64,000 nt of DNA, taken from assembly GCA_050329555.1 (NCBI GenBank), contig JBHJOQ010000025.1:7-64006 (forward strand), written 5' to 3'. The notes below the pieces were generated by a model. It was not told the DNA's origin and ran no database searches. It saw only the letters and a program-made list of their open reading frames with translations. Source of the DNA: Acidimicrobiia bacterium. GTDB lineage: Bacteria > Actinomycetota > Acidimicrobiia > Spongiisociales > ZC4RG35. Positions 54,465 through 64,000 of the stretch are shown here, one piece after another (the stretch's first letter is position 1; every line of letters starts with the position of its first letter). The position numbers were made by a program, and so were the translations under genes.

Positions 54465-57400
54465 CTACATATTCCTTCGGTATTGACCGCCGACTGCGTA
54501 GAGGGCGTTGCTCATCTGGCCCAGGGATGCCGTCTTGGAGGTTTCCATAAGCTGTTCGAAGAGGTTCTCGCCGCCGACCGCCGCCGACTGGAGATGACGC
54601 AGTGACTGCTCCGACACCTCGCTGTTGCGGTCCTGGACGGCGCGCAGGTTGGAGATCTGGCGTTTCCTGGCCTCGTCGGTGGAACGGATCAGCTCGGTGG
54701 GAATGACAAACGGCGAACCCTCCTTGGAGAGGAACGTGTTGACCCCGACGATCGGGTACTCCCCCGACTCCTTCTGCCGCTCGTAATAGAGCGACTCATC
54801 CTGGATCTTGGTCCGCTGGTACTGGCGCTCCATCGCCCCCAGCACCCCACCGCGGCTGTTGAGCCGGTCGAACTCCAACAGCACCGCCTCCTCCACGAGG
54901 TCGGTCAGCTCCTCGATGATGAAAGACCCCTGCAACGGGTTCTCGTTCTTCGCCAACCCCAGTTCCCGGTTGATGATCAGCTGGATTGCCATCGCCCGCC
55001 GCACCGACTCCTCCGTGGGAGTGGTGATCGCCTCGTCGTAGGCATTGGTGTGCAAGGAGTTGCAGTTGTCGTAGATCGCATACAGCGCCTGGAGGGTGGT
55101 TCTGATGTCGTTGAAGCTGATCTCCTGGGCATGAAGCGACCGCCCTGAAGTCTGGATGTGGTACTTCAGCTTCTGGGAACGCTCGTTGCCCCCGTACTTG
55201 TGTTTGATCGCCTTCGACCAGATCCGCCTCGCCACCCGGCCGATCACCGCATACTCGGCGTCGATCCCGTTGGAGAAAAAGAAGCTGAGGTTGGGGGCGA
55301 AGTCGTCGATGTCCATCCCCCGCTCCAGGTAGTACTCGACGAAGGTGAACCCGTTGGCCAGGGTGAAGGCGAGCTGGGTGATCGGGTTGGCCCCGGCCTC
55401 GGCCATGTGATATCCGCTGATCGACACCGAGTAGAAGTTGCGGACGTCGTGGTCGACGAAGTACTGCTGGATGTCGCCCATCATCCGCAAGGCGAACTCG
55501 GTGGAGAAGATGCAGGTGTTCTGCGCCTGGTCCTCTTTCAGGATGTCAGCCTGCACCGTCCCTCGAACCCGGGACATCGTCTCGGACTTCAAGGCCTCGT
55601 AGGCATCGGCGGGGAGAACCTGGTCGCCGGTCACTCCGAGCAGCATCAGCCCCAGTCCGTCGTGGCCCGGCGGCAACTCGCCGTAATATTGAGGCCGGGG
55701 GCGATCGCCGTAGATCTCGGCGATCTTCGCCTCCACCTCGCCGGCAAGCCCGTTGTCGGCGATGTATTTCTCACACGACTGGTCGATGGCGGCGTTCATG
55801 AAGAAGGCGAGGATCATCGGTGCCGGCCCGTTGATCGTCATCGACACCGAAGTCGCAGGGTCGCTCAGGTCGAATCCCGAGTACAGCTTCTTCGCGTCGT
55901 CGAGGGTGGCAATCGAAACCCCCGAGTTGCCCACCTTCCCATAGATATCGGGACGCTCGTGGGGGTCTTCGCCGTAGAGGGTCACCGAGTCGAAGGCGGT
56001 GGAGAGGCGGATGGCAGGCTGGTCGGCTGCGAGGTAGTGGAAGCGGCGGTTGGTCTGCTCGGGCGGCCCCTCGCCGGCGAACATCCGGGTCGGATCCTCC
56101 AACTCGCGTTTGAACGGGAAGACCCCTGCGGTGTAAGGGAACTCACCGGGCACGTTCTCCTGAAGCAACCACTTGAGCCGGTCGCCCCACGACCGGTAGC
56201 GGGGCATCGCAACCTTGGGGACGCGAGTGTGGCTCAGGGTCTCACGGTGTAGCGGGACCTTGATCTCCCTTCCCCTGACGTGATAGACGAACTCCTCGCC
56301 GGCGTACTCGGCAACCAGGCCGTCCCAGCGTTCCAGTGCCTTCCGGTTCTCCACGTCGAGCGCCTCTTCTGCAGCGGCGATCACACTCTCTTCGAGATGC
56401 TCTTTCGCCGCTTCCAACCGGTAGAGGTGCTCCGCGGCGTCAGCCTGTTTGTCCACCCACTCGTCGTAGCGCCCGATCTCCTCTTCGATCTCGGCAAGGT
56501 AACGCGCCCGGTTCGGGGGCACCACATGATGTTTCGCCGCGTCGGATACGTTGAGGTCGATCGAAGACTCCAGGCCGAGGCGATCGGTGAGAGCCAGATA
56601 GAAGCGGTTGGTGCCCGGGTCGTTGAAGTCGGAGGCGACGGTGAGATGGATGGGAAGCGCATCGTCGGGGCCGTCGAAGGTGAGGTGGTTGCGCCGGTAT
56701 TGCTTGCGGACGTCGCGGAGGGCGTCGTCGGCACCCTGCTTGTCGGCCTTGTTGATCGAGACCAGATCGGCGAAGTCGAGCATGTCGATCTTCTCCAGCT
56801 GCGTCGCCGCCCCATACTCGGGTGTCATCACGTAGAGGCTGTGGTCGGAGAGGTCGACGATCTCGGTGTCGGACTGACCGATGCCCGACGTCTCCAGCAG
56901 CACCAGGTCGTAACCGGAGGCTTTAACGACATCCACCGCTGCAGAAACGTAAGGCGACAGCGCAAGGTTGGGCTGTCGCGTCGCCAGCGACCTCATGTAA
57001 CCCCGGGGATGGGGCAGCGAGTTCATCCTTATCCGGTCCCCGAGCAAGGCGCCTCCCGACTTTCGCTTCGAGGGGTCGACTGAGATCACGGCGACAGTCA
57101 GCCCCTCGAAGTCGGCGAGCAGCCGGCGCACCAGCTCGTCGACCAAACTCGACTTCCCGGAGCCGCCGGTTCCGGTGATCCCGACCACGGGTGCGCTCGA
57201 ATTGGCGGCGCGCTGGGAGATCTCCTCGAAGACGTCGGTGTACTTGTCGGGATAGTTCTCCGCAGCTGAGATCAGCCGGCCCACCACATCGCGGTTCTCG
57301 ACGCTGAGCCGTTCGATGTCGAGACCGTCGAGCTCGCCCAACGGGAAATCCGACTTGATGATCATGTCGGCGACCATCCCGGTCAGCCCCATCTGGCGTC

Positions 57401-57797
57401 CGTCGTCGGGTGAGTAGATCCTGGTCACCCCGTATTCGGCAAGCGCTTCGCCTTCCTCGGGGAGGATGGTCCCCCCTCCCCCTCCGAAGAGGCGGATGTG
57501 GGTTGCGTCGCGCTCGACGAGGAGGTCCCACATGTAGCGGAAGAACTCGTTGTGACCGCCCTGGTAGGAGGTGACGGCGATGGCGTGGACATCTTCTTCG
57601 ATGGCGGTTTCGACGATGTCGAGCCCGGTCCGGTTGTGGCCGAGGTGGATGACCTCCGCACCTGACGCCTGGAGGATGCGTCGGAAGATGTTTATCGAGG
57701 CGTCATGGCCGTCGAAGAGCGTGGTGGCGGTGACAAACCGAACATTGTTCGTGGGCTTGGCTTGATCCAACAAAGAGCTTTCCATCGACACTGTCAT
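54465..57797 (-). CDS. icmF: fused isobutyryl-CoA mutase (B12-binding domain + MeaB-like GTPase + mutase domain)
   Basis: 1110 aa. N-terminal B12 domain (DGHDASIN), central G-domain ([13 protein letters not shown]) and C-terminal acyl-CoA mutase barrel. This is the IcmF architecture. Confidence 0.9.
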   Translation of the reverse strand: MTVSMESSLLDQAKPTNNVRFVTATTLFDGHDASINIFRRILQASGAEVIHLGHNRTGLDIVETAIEEDVHAIAVTSYQGGHNEFFRYMWDLLVERDATHIRLFGGGGGTILPEEGEALAEYGVTRIYSPDDGRQMGLTGMVADMIIKSDFPLGELDGLDIERLSVENRDVVGRLISAAENYPDKYTDVFEEISQRAANSSAPVVGITGTGGSGKSSLVDELVRRLLADFEGLTVAVISVDPSKRKSGGALLGDRIRMNSLPHPRGYMRSLATRQPNLALSPYVSAAVDVVKASGYDLVLLETSGIGQSDTEIVDLSDHSLYVMTPEYGAATQLEKIDMLDFADLVSINKADKQGADDALRDVRKQYRRNHLTFDGPDDALPIHLTVASDFNDPGTNRFYLALTDRLGLESSIDLNVSDAAKHHVVPPNRARYLAEIEEEIGRYDEWVDKQADAAEHLYRLEAAKEHLEESVIAAAEEALDVENRKALERWDGLVAEYAGEEFVYHVRGREIKVPLHRETLSHTRVPKVAMPRYRSWGDRLKWLLQENVPGEFPYTAGVFPFKRELEDPTRMFAGEGPPEQTNRRFHYLAADQPAIRLSTAFDSVTLYGEDPHERPDIYGKVGNSGVSIATLDDAKKLYSGFDLSDPATSVSMTINGPAPMILAFFMNAAIDQSCEKYIADNGLAGEVEAKIAEIYGDRPRPQYYGELPPGHDGLGLMLLGVTGDQVLPADAYEALKSETMSRVRGTVQADILKEDQAQNTCIFSTEFALRMMGDIQQYFVDHDVRNFYSVSISGYHMAEAGANPITQLAFTLANGFTFVEYYLERGMDIDDFAPNLSFFFSNGIDAEYAVIGRVARRIWSKAIKHKYGGNERSQKLKYHIQTSGRSLHAQEISFNDIRTTLQALYAIYDNCNSLHTNAYDEAITTPTEESVRRAMAIQLIINRELGLAKNENPLQGSFIIEELTDLVEEAVLLEFDRLNSRGGVLGAMERQYQRTKIQDESLYYERQKESGEYPIVGVNTFLSKEGSPFVIPTELIRSTDEARKRQISNLRAVQDRNSEVSEQSLRHLQSAAVGGENLFEQLMETSKTASLGQMSNALYAVGGQYRRNM

Positions 57798-57809
57798 TTT
57801 ACGCGATAA

Positions 57810-57831
57810 AATACTTTGATGTCAAAGTATT
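57810..57831. promoter_or_regulatory. perfect 22-bp palindrome, probable MarR operator between icmF and marR
   Basis: AATACTTTGA-TG-TCAAAGTATT has 10-bp perfect arms. It lies centred in the AT-rich 41-bp gap between the divergent start codons (57797 and 57839). Confidence 0.55.
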
Positions 57832-57838
57832 CTTCAGT

Positions 57839-58330
57839 TTGATGAGCGACACCACAGCCCTCGACGACCCCATCGCCGAAGCCACCCGGCAGTGGGAGAC
57901 ACATGGCTGGAACGAAGCAGCACCGGGAATGGCCGCGGTCACCACGATCACCAGAGTCAACCGGATCCTCGTCGCACGGATCGAAACCGCTCTCGCCCCG
58001 CTCGGACTCTCCTTCGCCCGTTTCGAGATCCTGCGCCTTCTCGGCTTCGCCCGGGAACGCCGGCTTCCAATGGGCAAGATCGGCGACCGCCTTCAGGTTC
58101 ACCCCGCCTCGGTGACCAGCGCCGTCAATCGATTGGAGCGGGACGGACTGATCCGACGACAGGCGGCATCACACGACAACCGCATCGTCCTCGCCGGTTT
58201 GCTCTCCGCCGGTGAGACGGTTCTGGAGGATGCAACACGCCGGATCAACCTAGTGTTTACCGCCCTCGAACTCGATGCTGACGACCTGGAGCGGGTGGTC
58301 GCCACTCTCAGTGCGATCCGGTCGACCTGA
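57839..58330 (+). CDS. MarR family transcriptional regulator
   Basis: 163 aa with a winged-helix pattern (LGLSFARFEILRLL...LQVHPASVTSAVNRLERDGLIRR). Confidence 0.85.
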   Translation: MMSDTTALDDPIAEATRQWETHGWNEAAPGMAAVTTITRVNRILVARIETALAPLGLSFARFEILRLLGFARERRLPMGKIGDRLQVHPASVTSAVNRLERDGLIRRQAASHDNRIVLAGLLSAGETVLEDATRRINLVFTALELDADDLERVVATLSAIRST

Positions 58331-58385
58331 ACCACCCAGTTTCTTGACACACTTGGGGTAAAATTGAGCTAGATTATGCGACGGG

Positions 58386-58688
58386 ATGGCTATATACGAA
58401 GGCAGATTGCAAGGGGAGACACTGGACCTCAGCCATGTTGTCCTGCGTCTCGACGACGACAAGCGGCTCCGCATCTTCGCCGGGCCGGTCGCAGTAGGGT
58501 CATGGCCGATGAGCCGTGTCACCGCGGAGCGGACCTCGATCTACAGGTTCTCGCTCGACATCGACGGGGAGATGTTCGAATTCTTCCCCGAAGACCCCCT
58601 TGGTTTCTCCGAGGCGATTGGCGCAGTCATCGACCTGACCCGGACCTCGAGGTTCAGCCTCAAAGAGGCAATCGAGCGAACCCGCTGA
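58386..58688 (+). CDS. hypothetical protein
   Basis: 100-aa ORF with coding-like GC3. No family recognised. Confidence 0.4.
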   Translation: MAIYEGRLQGETLDLSHVVLRLDDDKRLRIFAGPVAVGSWPMSRVTAERTSIYRFSLDIDGEMFEFFPEDPLGFSEAIGAVIDLTRTSRFSLKEAIERTR

Positions 58689-58707
58689 CCCCAGGGGCGG
58701 CGACATC

Positions 58708-59448
58708 ATGATCCGCAGGGTCATCTTCGGTGGTGCTGTGGGTGCCTTTGCCGTGGTCAGCGTCGAACTCCTCTACGCAATCCTCCGTCGCACTCCGAAA
58801 CAGGAGGAATTCGATCCGTCGGCAACCTTCGGCGATACAGCCAACCCCTCGATACGGGTGGCTGTGCTCGGCGACTCCACTGTCACCGCCCCCGGGGTCG
58901 GTGGCCCCGACGAGATCTGGATCAGCCGCATCTGTCGCCGGTTGGCGGACACGCACCGGGTCGAGTTGAAGTCGTATGCAAGCGGCGGTTCGATGGCCCA
59001 CAACCTCGTCGCCGAACAGCTCGAGCCGGCACTCGCCTTCGAGCCCGACCTCGTGATCATCTCCGTGGGTGCGAACGACGCTCTCAAAGGTGTCACTGCC
59101 GGGGTCTTCGAAACCAATCTGGAGATCCTGGTAGCCGCTTTCACCGGGGCAGGCGCAACTGTCATCCAGAGTGGAGTCGGTGACCTCGGAACGATTCCTA
59201 GGCTACTCCCCCCGCTCCACCACCTCCTCTCCCGGCGTGCACTCCGGTTCAACGCCGTCCACGAACGGGTGGCGGAACGTCACGGGTCATCGGTGGTCCC
59301 GCAACGGGAGAGCCCGATGGAGTTATGGCGCGACGATCGGGGGATGTGGTCGGCCGACCTGTTCCACGTCAGCGCTCGGGGCCACGAGGTCTGGGGCGAT
59401 CTCGGCTGGAAGACCGTGGCGCGAGCCCTGGAGCTCAGTGACGCTTGA
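58708..59448 (+). CDS. SGNH/GDSL hydrolase family protein
   Basis: N-terminal TM segment, then block I GDS (VAVLGDSTV), block III GANDA and block V DxxH (DLFHVSARGH). Confidence 0.8.
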   Translation: MIRRVIFGGAVGAFAVVSVELLYAILRRTPKQEEFDPSATFGDTANPSIRVAVLGDSTVTAPGVGGPDEIWISRICRRLADTHRVELKSYASGGSMAHNLVAEQLEPALAFEPDLVIISVGANDALKGVTAGVFETNLEILVAAFTGAGATVIQSGVGDLGTIPRLLPPLHHLLSRRALRFNAVHERVAERHGSSVVPQRESPMELWRDDRGMWSADLFHVSARGHEVWGDLGWKTVARALELSDA

Positions 59449-59857
59449 TCGGGGCACCGCCCTGGCCAGGTTCGCCCGGGCGTCAGTTGCCTCGCTGGGA
59501 ACTACCCGGGAGTCGGTAAGCCCTCACCTGGTCCCGGTCACCTTCGCCGTCGAGGCCGAAACCGTCTATTCGGCGGTCGACCGGAAACCGAAGACGACCC
59601 GGGCACTACAACGGCTCGCCAACATCGCGGCCCATCCCGCCGTCTCTCTGCTGGTCGACCATTACGAAGACGACTGGGCACGCCTCTGGTGGGTGCGTGT
59701 CGACGGGACGGCAACGGTCTCCGATGATGCGGCCCAACTGACGACCGCAACAACCCTGCTTCAGGCAAAGTATCCGCAGTACGTCGACCAACCACCGGAT
59801 GGGCCGGTGATCTCGATCGCGATAAGCGGTGTCACCTGGTGGGAATGGGCTCGATAA
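59438..59857 (+). CDS. PPOX-class (pyridoxamine 5'-phosphate oxidase-like) probable F420-dependent enzyme
   Basis: GTG 59438. HLVPVTFAV...RLANIAAHPAVSLLVDHYEDDWARLWWVRVDG is typical of the TIGR03668-like PPOX group. Subfamily call is from memory. Confidence 0.7.
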   Translation: MTLDRGTALARFARASVASLGTTRESVSPHLVPVTFAVEAETVYSAVDRKPKTTRALQRLANIAAHPAVSLLVDHYEDDWARLWWVRVDGTATVSDDAAQLTTATTLLQAKYPQYVDQPPDGPVISIAISGVTWWEWAR

Positions 59858-60398
59858 CCCCGGTCTCTGTGGCTACATACATCACGGCGACGTCGTGCTC
59901 CTCGGTCGGAAGTGAATCACGAAGCCGGTTCTCCACCGTGATCCCGATCGAAATTGCGTCGGAGCGCTTGACCGCAAGCTCCCGGTCGTAGAAACCCCCG
60001 CCTCGGCCGAGGCGGATGCCGTTTCGGTCGAAGGCGAGGCCCGGCACCAGGAAGACATCGATCTCCATCGTCGGGATGACAGGCCCGGACTCGAGAGGTT
60101 GCTCCATCCCCCACCGATGCGTTTCCAGAGGGAGCCTGGCGTCACGCCACGTGAGCGACCCGTCGTCCTCGACCCGGGGCAGGATCCAGCGCCACCCCGG
60201 CAGACGTTCCATCAGCGAGTCGACCGACACTTCGTCCCCCAGGGCGCGGTAGGAGCCGATGGTCCCGGGCAGGCGGGGGGAAAGCCAGTTGAACAGGTGG
60301 TTGATGACGGCTTGATTCTGCTCGCCCGTGACCCCTGGCACCGCCGAGAGTTCCACCCGCAGTTCGCGTTTGTCCACGATGGGCAGACTAGATCGCAA
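59832..60398 (-). CDS. 5-formyltetrahydrofolate cyclo-ligase
   Basis: IDVFLVPGLAFDRNGIRLGRGGGFYDR is the MTHFS signature. The start may be GTG 60377. Confidence 0.8.
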   Translation of the reverse strand: MRSSLPIVDKRELRVELSAVPGVTGEQNQAVINHLFNWLSPRLPGTIGSYRALGDEVSVDSLMERLPGWRWILPRVEDDGSLTWRDARLPLETHRWGMEQPLESGPVIPTMEIDVFLVPGLAFDRNGIRLGRGGGFYDRELAVKRSDAISIGITVENRLRDSLPTEEHDVAVMYVATETGVIEPIPTR

Positions 60399-60411
60399 CT
60401 ACGCTCCACGC

Positions 60412-61155
60412 ATGGCATGGCTGACGACACTCCTCAGGACCTTCGTCACCTCGATAGTCGGCCTCGTCGTAACGCTCATCGCGGCTCCCACGGTTGTCGT
60501 CATCGCAGCGATCAACGATTCATCAACGTGGATCGACCGGATCATCCGCGTCTGGAGCCGGGCCTGGCTGGCAGCGTCGGGCACGAAACTCAATGTCGTC
60601 GGCGGGGAAAAGGTCGACGTTGATGAGTCGTATGTGGTCGTCTGCAACCATCTCTCCACCCTCGACATCATGGCCTGTTTTCTTGCGGTACCTCTTCCCA
60701 TCCGCTATCTCGCGAAGAAGGAGTTGTTCCGCATCCCGCTCCTGGCCCAGGGCATGCGGGCAGTCGGGATCATCGAAGTCGACCGTTCCGCCCGATCGGC
60801 GGTCCACGCCGAGGTCAACCGGAGAGCGAAGGAGCTCGTGGCGAAGGGTCGGAGCCTGATCATCTACCCCGAGGGGACCCGCCCGCGCGACGGTGTGCTC
60901 GACCCGTTCAAGAAAGGTGCGTTCACGATGGCCATCGCCAGCTCGCTGCCCGTGCTCCCGGTGACGATCCACGGCAGCTACCAGGCGTGGCGGCCCGGAA
61001 CGCTGTGGGTGAAAGGCGGCGAGATAACCGTGATCGTCGACGAGCCAATCCCCACGATCGGCCTAACCCAATCGGACTCGGGTGACCTCACCAGGCAGGT
61101 CTACCGGATAATCGCAGACCGCGTCGGCGCCATGGGAGGCGCGATCAGGGCATAG
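60412..61155 (+). CDS. plsC: 1-acyl-sn-glycerol-3-phosphate acyltransferase (lysophospholipid acyltransferase family)
   Basis: ATG 60412. Has an N-terminal TM segment, the HX4D motif (CNHLSTLD) and PEGTR. Confidence 0.85.
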   Translation: MAWLTTLLRTFVTSIVGLVVTLIAAPTVVVIAAINDSSTWIDRIIRVWSRAWLAASGTKLNVVGGEKVDVDESYVVVCNHLSTLDIMACFLAVPLPIRYLAKKELFRIPLLAQGMRAVGIIEVDRSARSAVHAEVNRRAKELVAKGRSLIIYPEGTRPRDGVLDPFKKGAFTMAIASSLPVLPVTIHGSYQAWRPGTLWVKGGEITVIVDEPIPTIGLTQSDSGDLTRQVYRIIADRVGAMGGAIRA

Positions 61156-61168
61156 CGAAAGGACCCAC

Positions 61169-61541
61169 TCAGCGAATAACTTCGCCCAAAGCGGCATAAC
61201 GGAGCATGTGCGCCTGGCCGTTATGGAGCGCGTACTCCTGAACCATCTTGATCAGCACCGCCTGCAGCGGACGACCGTGCCCCAGCCCCTCCGACTCCAA
61301 AGAGGGCAGCGACGCAATCGCCCGATCCGCCTTTTCGACCTCGTCGAGATAGAGGGTAAGGTCGGTTTCGAGAGTGTCCGGTGAGCCTCCTTCGAAGTCG
61401 TCGTCGCCTTAAACCATTACCCGATCGCCGCCGCCGAGGCCCCAGGAAAGGTAGACATGCTCCATTTGTGTCATGTGCCGGGGTTCGGCGCCGGTTCGTC
61501 TTCCTTGGCGAAGTCAAGGTTGTCGAGAAAGTCAGCTCTCA
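61169..61541 (-). pseudogene. decayed DinB/DUF664 family gene
   Basis: The minus strand reads MTQMEHVYLSWGLGGGDRVMV-TAA-GDDDFEGGSPDTLE...LQAVLIKMVQEYALHNGQAHMLRYAALGEVIR-TGA. There is an in-frame stop (TAA at 61411-61413). The N-terminal part (RADFLDNLDF...) is in another frame and much too short. Confidence 0.55.
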
Positions 61542-61638
61542 TGAGAGACGATTCTGACACAACAGCCGGATCTCGCCTGAGAGAATCTTCGAAATCAACT
61601 GGCAGACCCCTTGAATCTGTCCCATGCTCGGCGTAGTC

Positions 61639-61654
61639 TCGAACATATGTTCGA
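61639..61654. promoter_or_regulatory. LexA SOS box (TCGAACATATGTTCGA) at the start of the DUF222/HNH gene
   Basis: Identical 16-mer to the dnaE2 box. It contains the in-frame ATG 61647 and is preceded by TAGTCT (61634-61639, TAnnnT-type -10). Confidence 0.75.
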
Positions 61655-63005
61655 TAAAGGAAGACAGGATAAGTCTTCGGGGATCGGACCGGGGAGATCA
61701 CCACGAAGTAGCGGTGAAGGGGCTGTTGTCGACGGCTGGGTTACCGCCCCAACCCGAGTGCGCGGGGTCTTGCCGGAGCGTCTCTCTTCGATGGCCCCCG
61801 GGCCGGAACTGGCAGCCACACTCGCCGGCATCGACCGCTCGATGCTGAACGGGTACGAGCTGGTGCTCCTCATCCGGGCAGAGCGTCGTCAGGTCGCCCA
61901 CTACGAAGCCGCCTCGTTCGAGTCGATGACCGAGCTCGCCCACTGCTCCCCCGGTTATGCAGGCTCCCCCGCCGAACGTCACTCCACTATCGACGAGTTC
62001 GCCAGCGATGAGCTTCGAGCGGCCCTGTCGTGGACCCGCCGGGCCGCCGGATCGACACTTGGTCTCGCACTCGAGGTCAACGAGCGTTTCCCCCTGGTGC
62101 TCGACGCGTTGTCCCAGGGCGAGATCGACGTTCCTCGGGCCAGGGTCATCGTCACGACGCTCGCCCATCTCGAAAACCGCCAGATCCATAGGATCACCGA
62201 AGAGATGATCGACCGTGCTACCGAACTGACCACGGGCGAGCTGGGCGCGATGCTTCGCCGCCGAGCCATTGCCGTGGATCCCGATTCGGCCGCGAAGCGT
62301 TACCGGAAGGGGCGCGACGACCGGCGGGTGGTTCGAGAATCGAACACCGACGGTACTGCCAACATCATCGCTTTCAACCTCGGCGTCCTCACCGCCGACC
62401 GGATCATGAAGCGGATCTGCGACCTCGCCGAGGCCGCCAAGTCCGGCTCCGACCGCCGGACCATCGACCAGGTTCGCGCCGATGTCTTCGTCGACCTTCT
62501 CATCCGCCACCACACCGACTCTCCTCCCTCCACCGGGCGGCGCGGTGTGGTCGACATCAGGGTCGATCTCACCACGCTGGCCGGGCTCAACGAGAACCCT
62601 GGTGAAATTCCCGGGTGGGGGCCGGTCATCGCCGAGATCGCCCGCCAGGCAGCTGAACCGGGAAAGCAATGGCAGGTGACCGTCACCGACAGCGATAGCA
62701 GACCGGTCTGGGGAGGCACCATCCGCCGCCGCCCCAACGTCCCCGAGCACCGCCAGATCACCACCATCATCCCGACATGTCTATTTCCCGGCTGTCGGAT
62801 GCCTTCCACCCAATGTGATATCGATCATCATCATCCCTGGGCGGAGGGTGGCGGAACCGAACCGGATAATCTCGGACCTGGTTGCCGCCACGATCACATT
62901 CTCAAAGATGAGGGCGGATGGAAGCTTCGGCGAAATCCGGACGGGAGCTACACGTGGACCAGCCGCCATGGCCATACCTACACCACGAGACTCGAACCAC
63001 CGTGA
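61647..63005 (+). CDS. DUF222 / HNH endonuclease (REP13E12-like)
   Basis: N-terminal DUF222 pattern (MAPGPELAATLAGID...) and C-terminal HNH motif (CDIDHHHPWAEGGGTEPDNLGPGCRHDH). The ORF is open from 61611. ATG 61647 is preferred because of the promoter/box geometry. Confidence 0.8.
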   Translation: MFDKGRQDKSSGIGPGRSPRSSGEGAVVDGWVTAPTRVRGVLPERLSSMAPGPELAATLAGIDRSMLNGYELVLLIRAERRQVAHYEAASFESMTELAHCSPGYAGSPAERHSTIDEFASDELRAALSWTRRAAGSTLGLALEVNERFPLVLDALSQGEIDVPRARVIVTTLAHLENRQIHRITEEMIDRATELTTGELGAMLRRRAIAVDPDSAAKRYRKGRDDRRVVRESNTDGTANIIAFNLGVLTADRIMKRICDLAEAAKSGSDRRTIDQVRADVFVDLLIRHHTDSPPSTGRRGVVDIRVDLTTLAGLNENPGEIPGWGPVIAEIARQAAEPGKQWQVTVTDSDSRPVWGGTIRRRPNVPEHRQITTIIPTCLFPGCRMPSTQCDIDHHHPWAEGGGTEPDNLGPGCRHDHILKDEGGWKLRRNPDGSYTWTSRHGHTYTTRLEPP

Positions 63006-63028
63006 TCCGGAGGCCACCGGCCGGGCTA

Positions 63029-63337
63029 TCAGCCGGCCAGCGCCCTGACCACGTAGAAGGCGACGGTGCCCACCGCAAGCACACCGAGCAGAGACCTCTT
63101 GAAGACAATGCCGCCAACGATTCCACCCGCAGCTGCGGCCAGAGCGGGGGTGATCGCCGGAGCGCCCTCCGGGGCAACCAGTCCGGCAGTGGCGATCGCC
63201 ATGAACAGGGCAAGCGGGAACACGTCGAGGAACCGCCCGACCGGCCCCTCCGGAACCGGGCGGGGACTGATCAGGAAGGCCAGGCGGGAGCCAAACGTGA
63301 TGACACCAACCACGAGAACCAGGGCGAGGTCACTCAC
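63029..63337 (-). CDS. azlD: branched-chain amino acid transport protein AzlD
   Basis: About 103 aa and hydrophobic. GTG 63337 (VSDLALVLVVGVITFGSRLAFL) overlaps the azlC stop by 8 nt. Confidence 0.7.
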   Translation of the reverse strand: MSDLALVLVVGVITFGSRLAFLISPRPVPEGPVGRFLDVFPLALFMAIATAGLVAPEGAPAITPALAAAAGGIVGGIVFKRSLLGVLAVGTVAFYVVRALAG

Positions 63338-64000
63338 CGGTGAACACCGCCACCAGAGAGGCGACCACAGCCGCCGAGGTGATCTGCCAGGCCACGGGCA
63401 ACACCAGGACCGCCACGATCGTCGCCACCACAGTGATCGCAACCACCACCCAGTCGCGACGGTTCGTCACCATGGGGATGGCGAGACCGAGGAACAGGAG
63501 ACGGAACAGGACTCCGATCCCCACCTGTCCCGGGTCGATGGTGCCGCCGAACCAGGCACCGATCCCGGTTCCGATCACCCAGCCCGCCAGAAGAGTCATG
63601 TCAGCGGCCGACTTGTAGGCGACGATGTCGTCCACGTCGTTTCGAGCTGCGGCCCGGAGGGTGAGCCCGAACGTTTCGTCGACGAGCACATATGCCAGGC
63701 GCACGCGCACCCCCACCGGCTGCTCACCGATCAGGTGGGCCAGGGTCGCCGACATCGGGAGATGGCGGAGGCCGAGCCCGGTGGCGGCCAGGATAACGGG
63801 GAACACCCCGGCGCTGATCAGGCCGACCATCGCAAACTGGGCCGCCCCGGAGAGGATCACGAACGAAGAGAGAATGGCAAGCCAAACTGGAAAGCCGACT
63901 TCGATGGCCAACACCCCGTAGGCGAGCCCGAACGACCCGACCGCAAAGAAGATGAGTGCTGAGTCCCGCAGGCCTTTGCGAAACGACGGGTCTGCGAGCA
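63330..64000 (-). CDS. azlC: AzlC family branched-chain amino acid permease component (5' end beyond window)
   Basis: FRKGLRDSALIFFAVGSFGLAYGVLAIEVG...LSGAAQFAMVGL matches AzlC. The frame stays open to the window edge. Confidence 0.75.
   Translation of the reverse strand, partial: LADPSFRKGLRDSALIFFAVGSFGLAYGVLAIEVGFPVWLAILSSFVILSGAAQFAMVGLISAGVFPVILAATGLGLRHLPMSATLAHLIGEQPVGVRVRLAYVLVDETFGLTLRAAARNDVDDIVAYKSAADMTLLAGWVIGTGIGAWFGGTIDPGQVGIGVLFRLLFLGLAIPMVTNRRDWVVVAITVVATIVAVLVLPVAWQITSAAVVASLVAVFTGE

Noticed and set aside
1-64000. CRISPR arrays, rRNA/tRNA genes, transposases, integrases, prophage or obvious defence genes
   Set aside because: I saw no regularly spaced direct repeats, no tRNA cloverleaf candidates, and no DDE, tyrosine or serine recombinase motifs. 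The only mobile-element-like gene is the single DUF222/HNH ORF.

Overview
High-GC (roughly 63-65%) chromosomal segment whose gene content and synteny look like Actinomycetota: a dapA-rnj pair, DinB/mycothiol-type and F420-related genes, Lhr, DnaE2, and TCGAAC-N4-GTTCGA LexA boxes. A finer lineage guess (non-mycobacterial, perhaps Acidimicrobiia-like) is inference only. I call about 60 densely packed protein genes, mostly housekeeping. They include RNase J, DapA, LysA, ValRS, a complete his operon (hisG-C-B-H-F-[A-I-E fusion]-D), MetH plus a short MTHFR-like gene, split FO synthase CofG/CofH, IcmF, Lhr, DnaE2, an ABC exporter and AzlCD. I found no rRNA, tRNA, CRISPR array, transposase or integrase. 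Cis-regulatory elements readable directly from the sequence:
- a SAM-I riboswitch ahead of metH
- a His-codon leader peptide plus attenuator ahead of hisG
- two identical perfect SOS boxes (dnaE2 and a DUF222/HNH gene)
- a RecA-NDp-like promoter abutting a leaderless lhr
- a perfect 22-bp palindrome between icmF and a divergent marR

Three genes look decayed: an LLM/F420-type oxidoreductase, a DUF664/DinB gene and a GNAT. I do not see a clear defence island or mobile element. The best candidate for an uncharacterised system is the block at 9.3-13.5 kb. It holds a CobT-like VWA protein with an HExxH motif, a CobS-like AAA+ with reciprocally substituted Walker residues, and a long LOG-family protein, with no cobalamin genes nearby. 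Unusual domain fusions (HisA-HisI-HisE, AroQ-alpha/beta hydrolase, CofH with a 255-aa N-terminal extension) are also worth a look. All family calls come from motif recognition and memory, with no database search. Start codons are best estimates.
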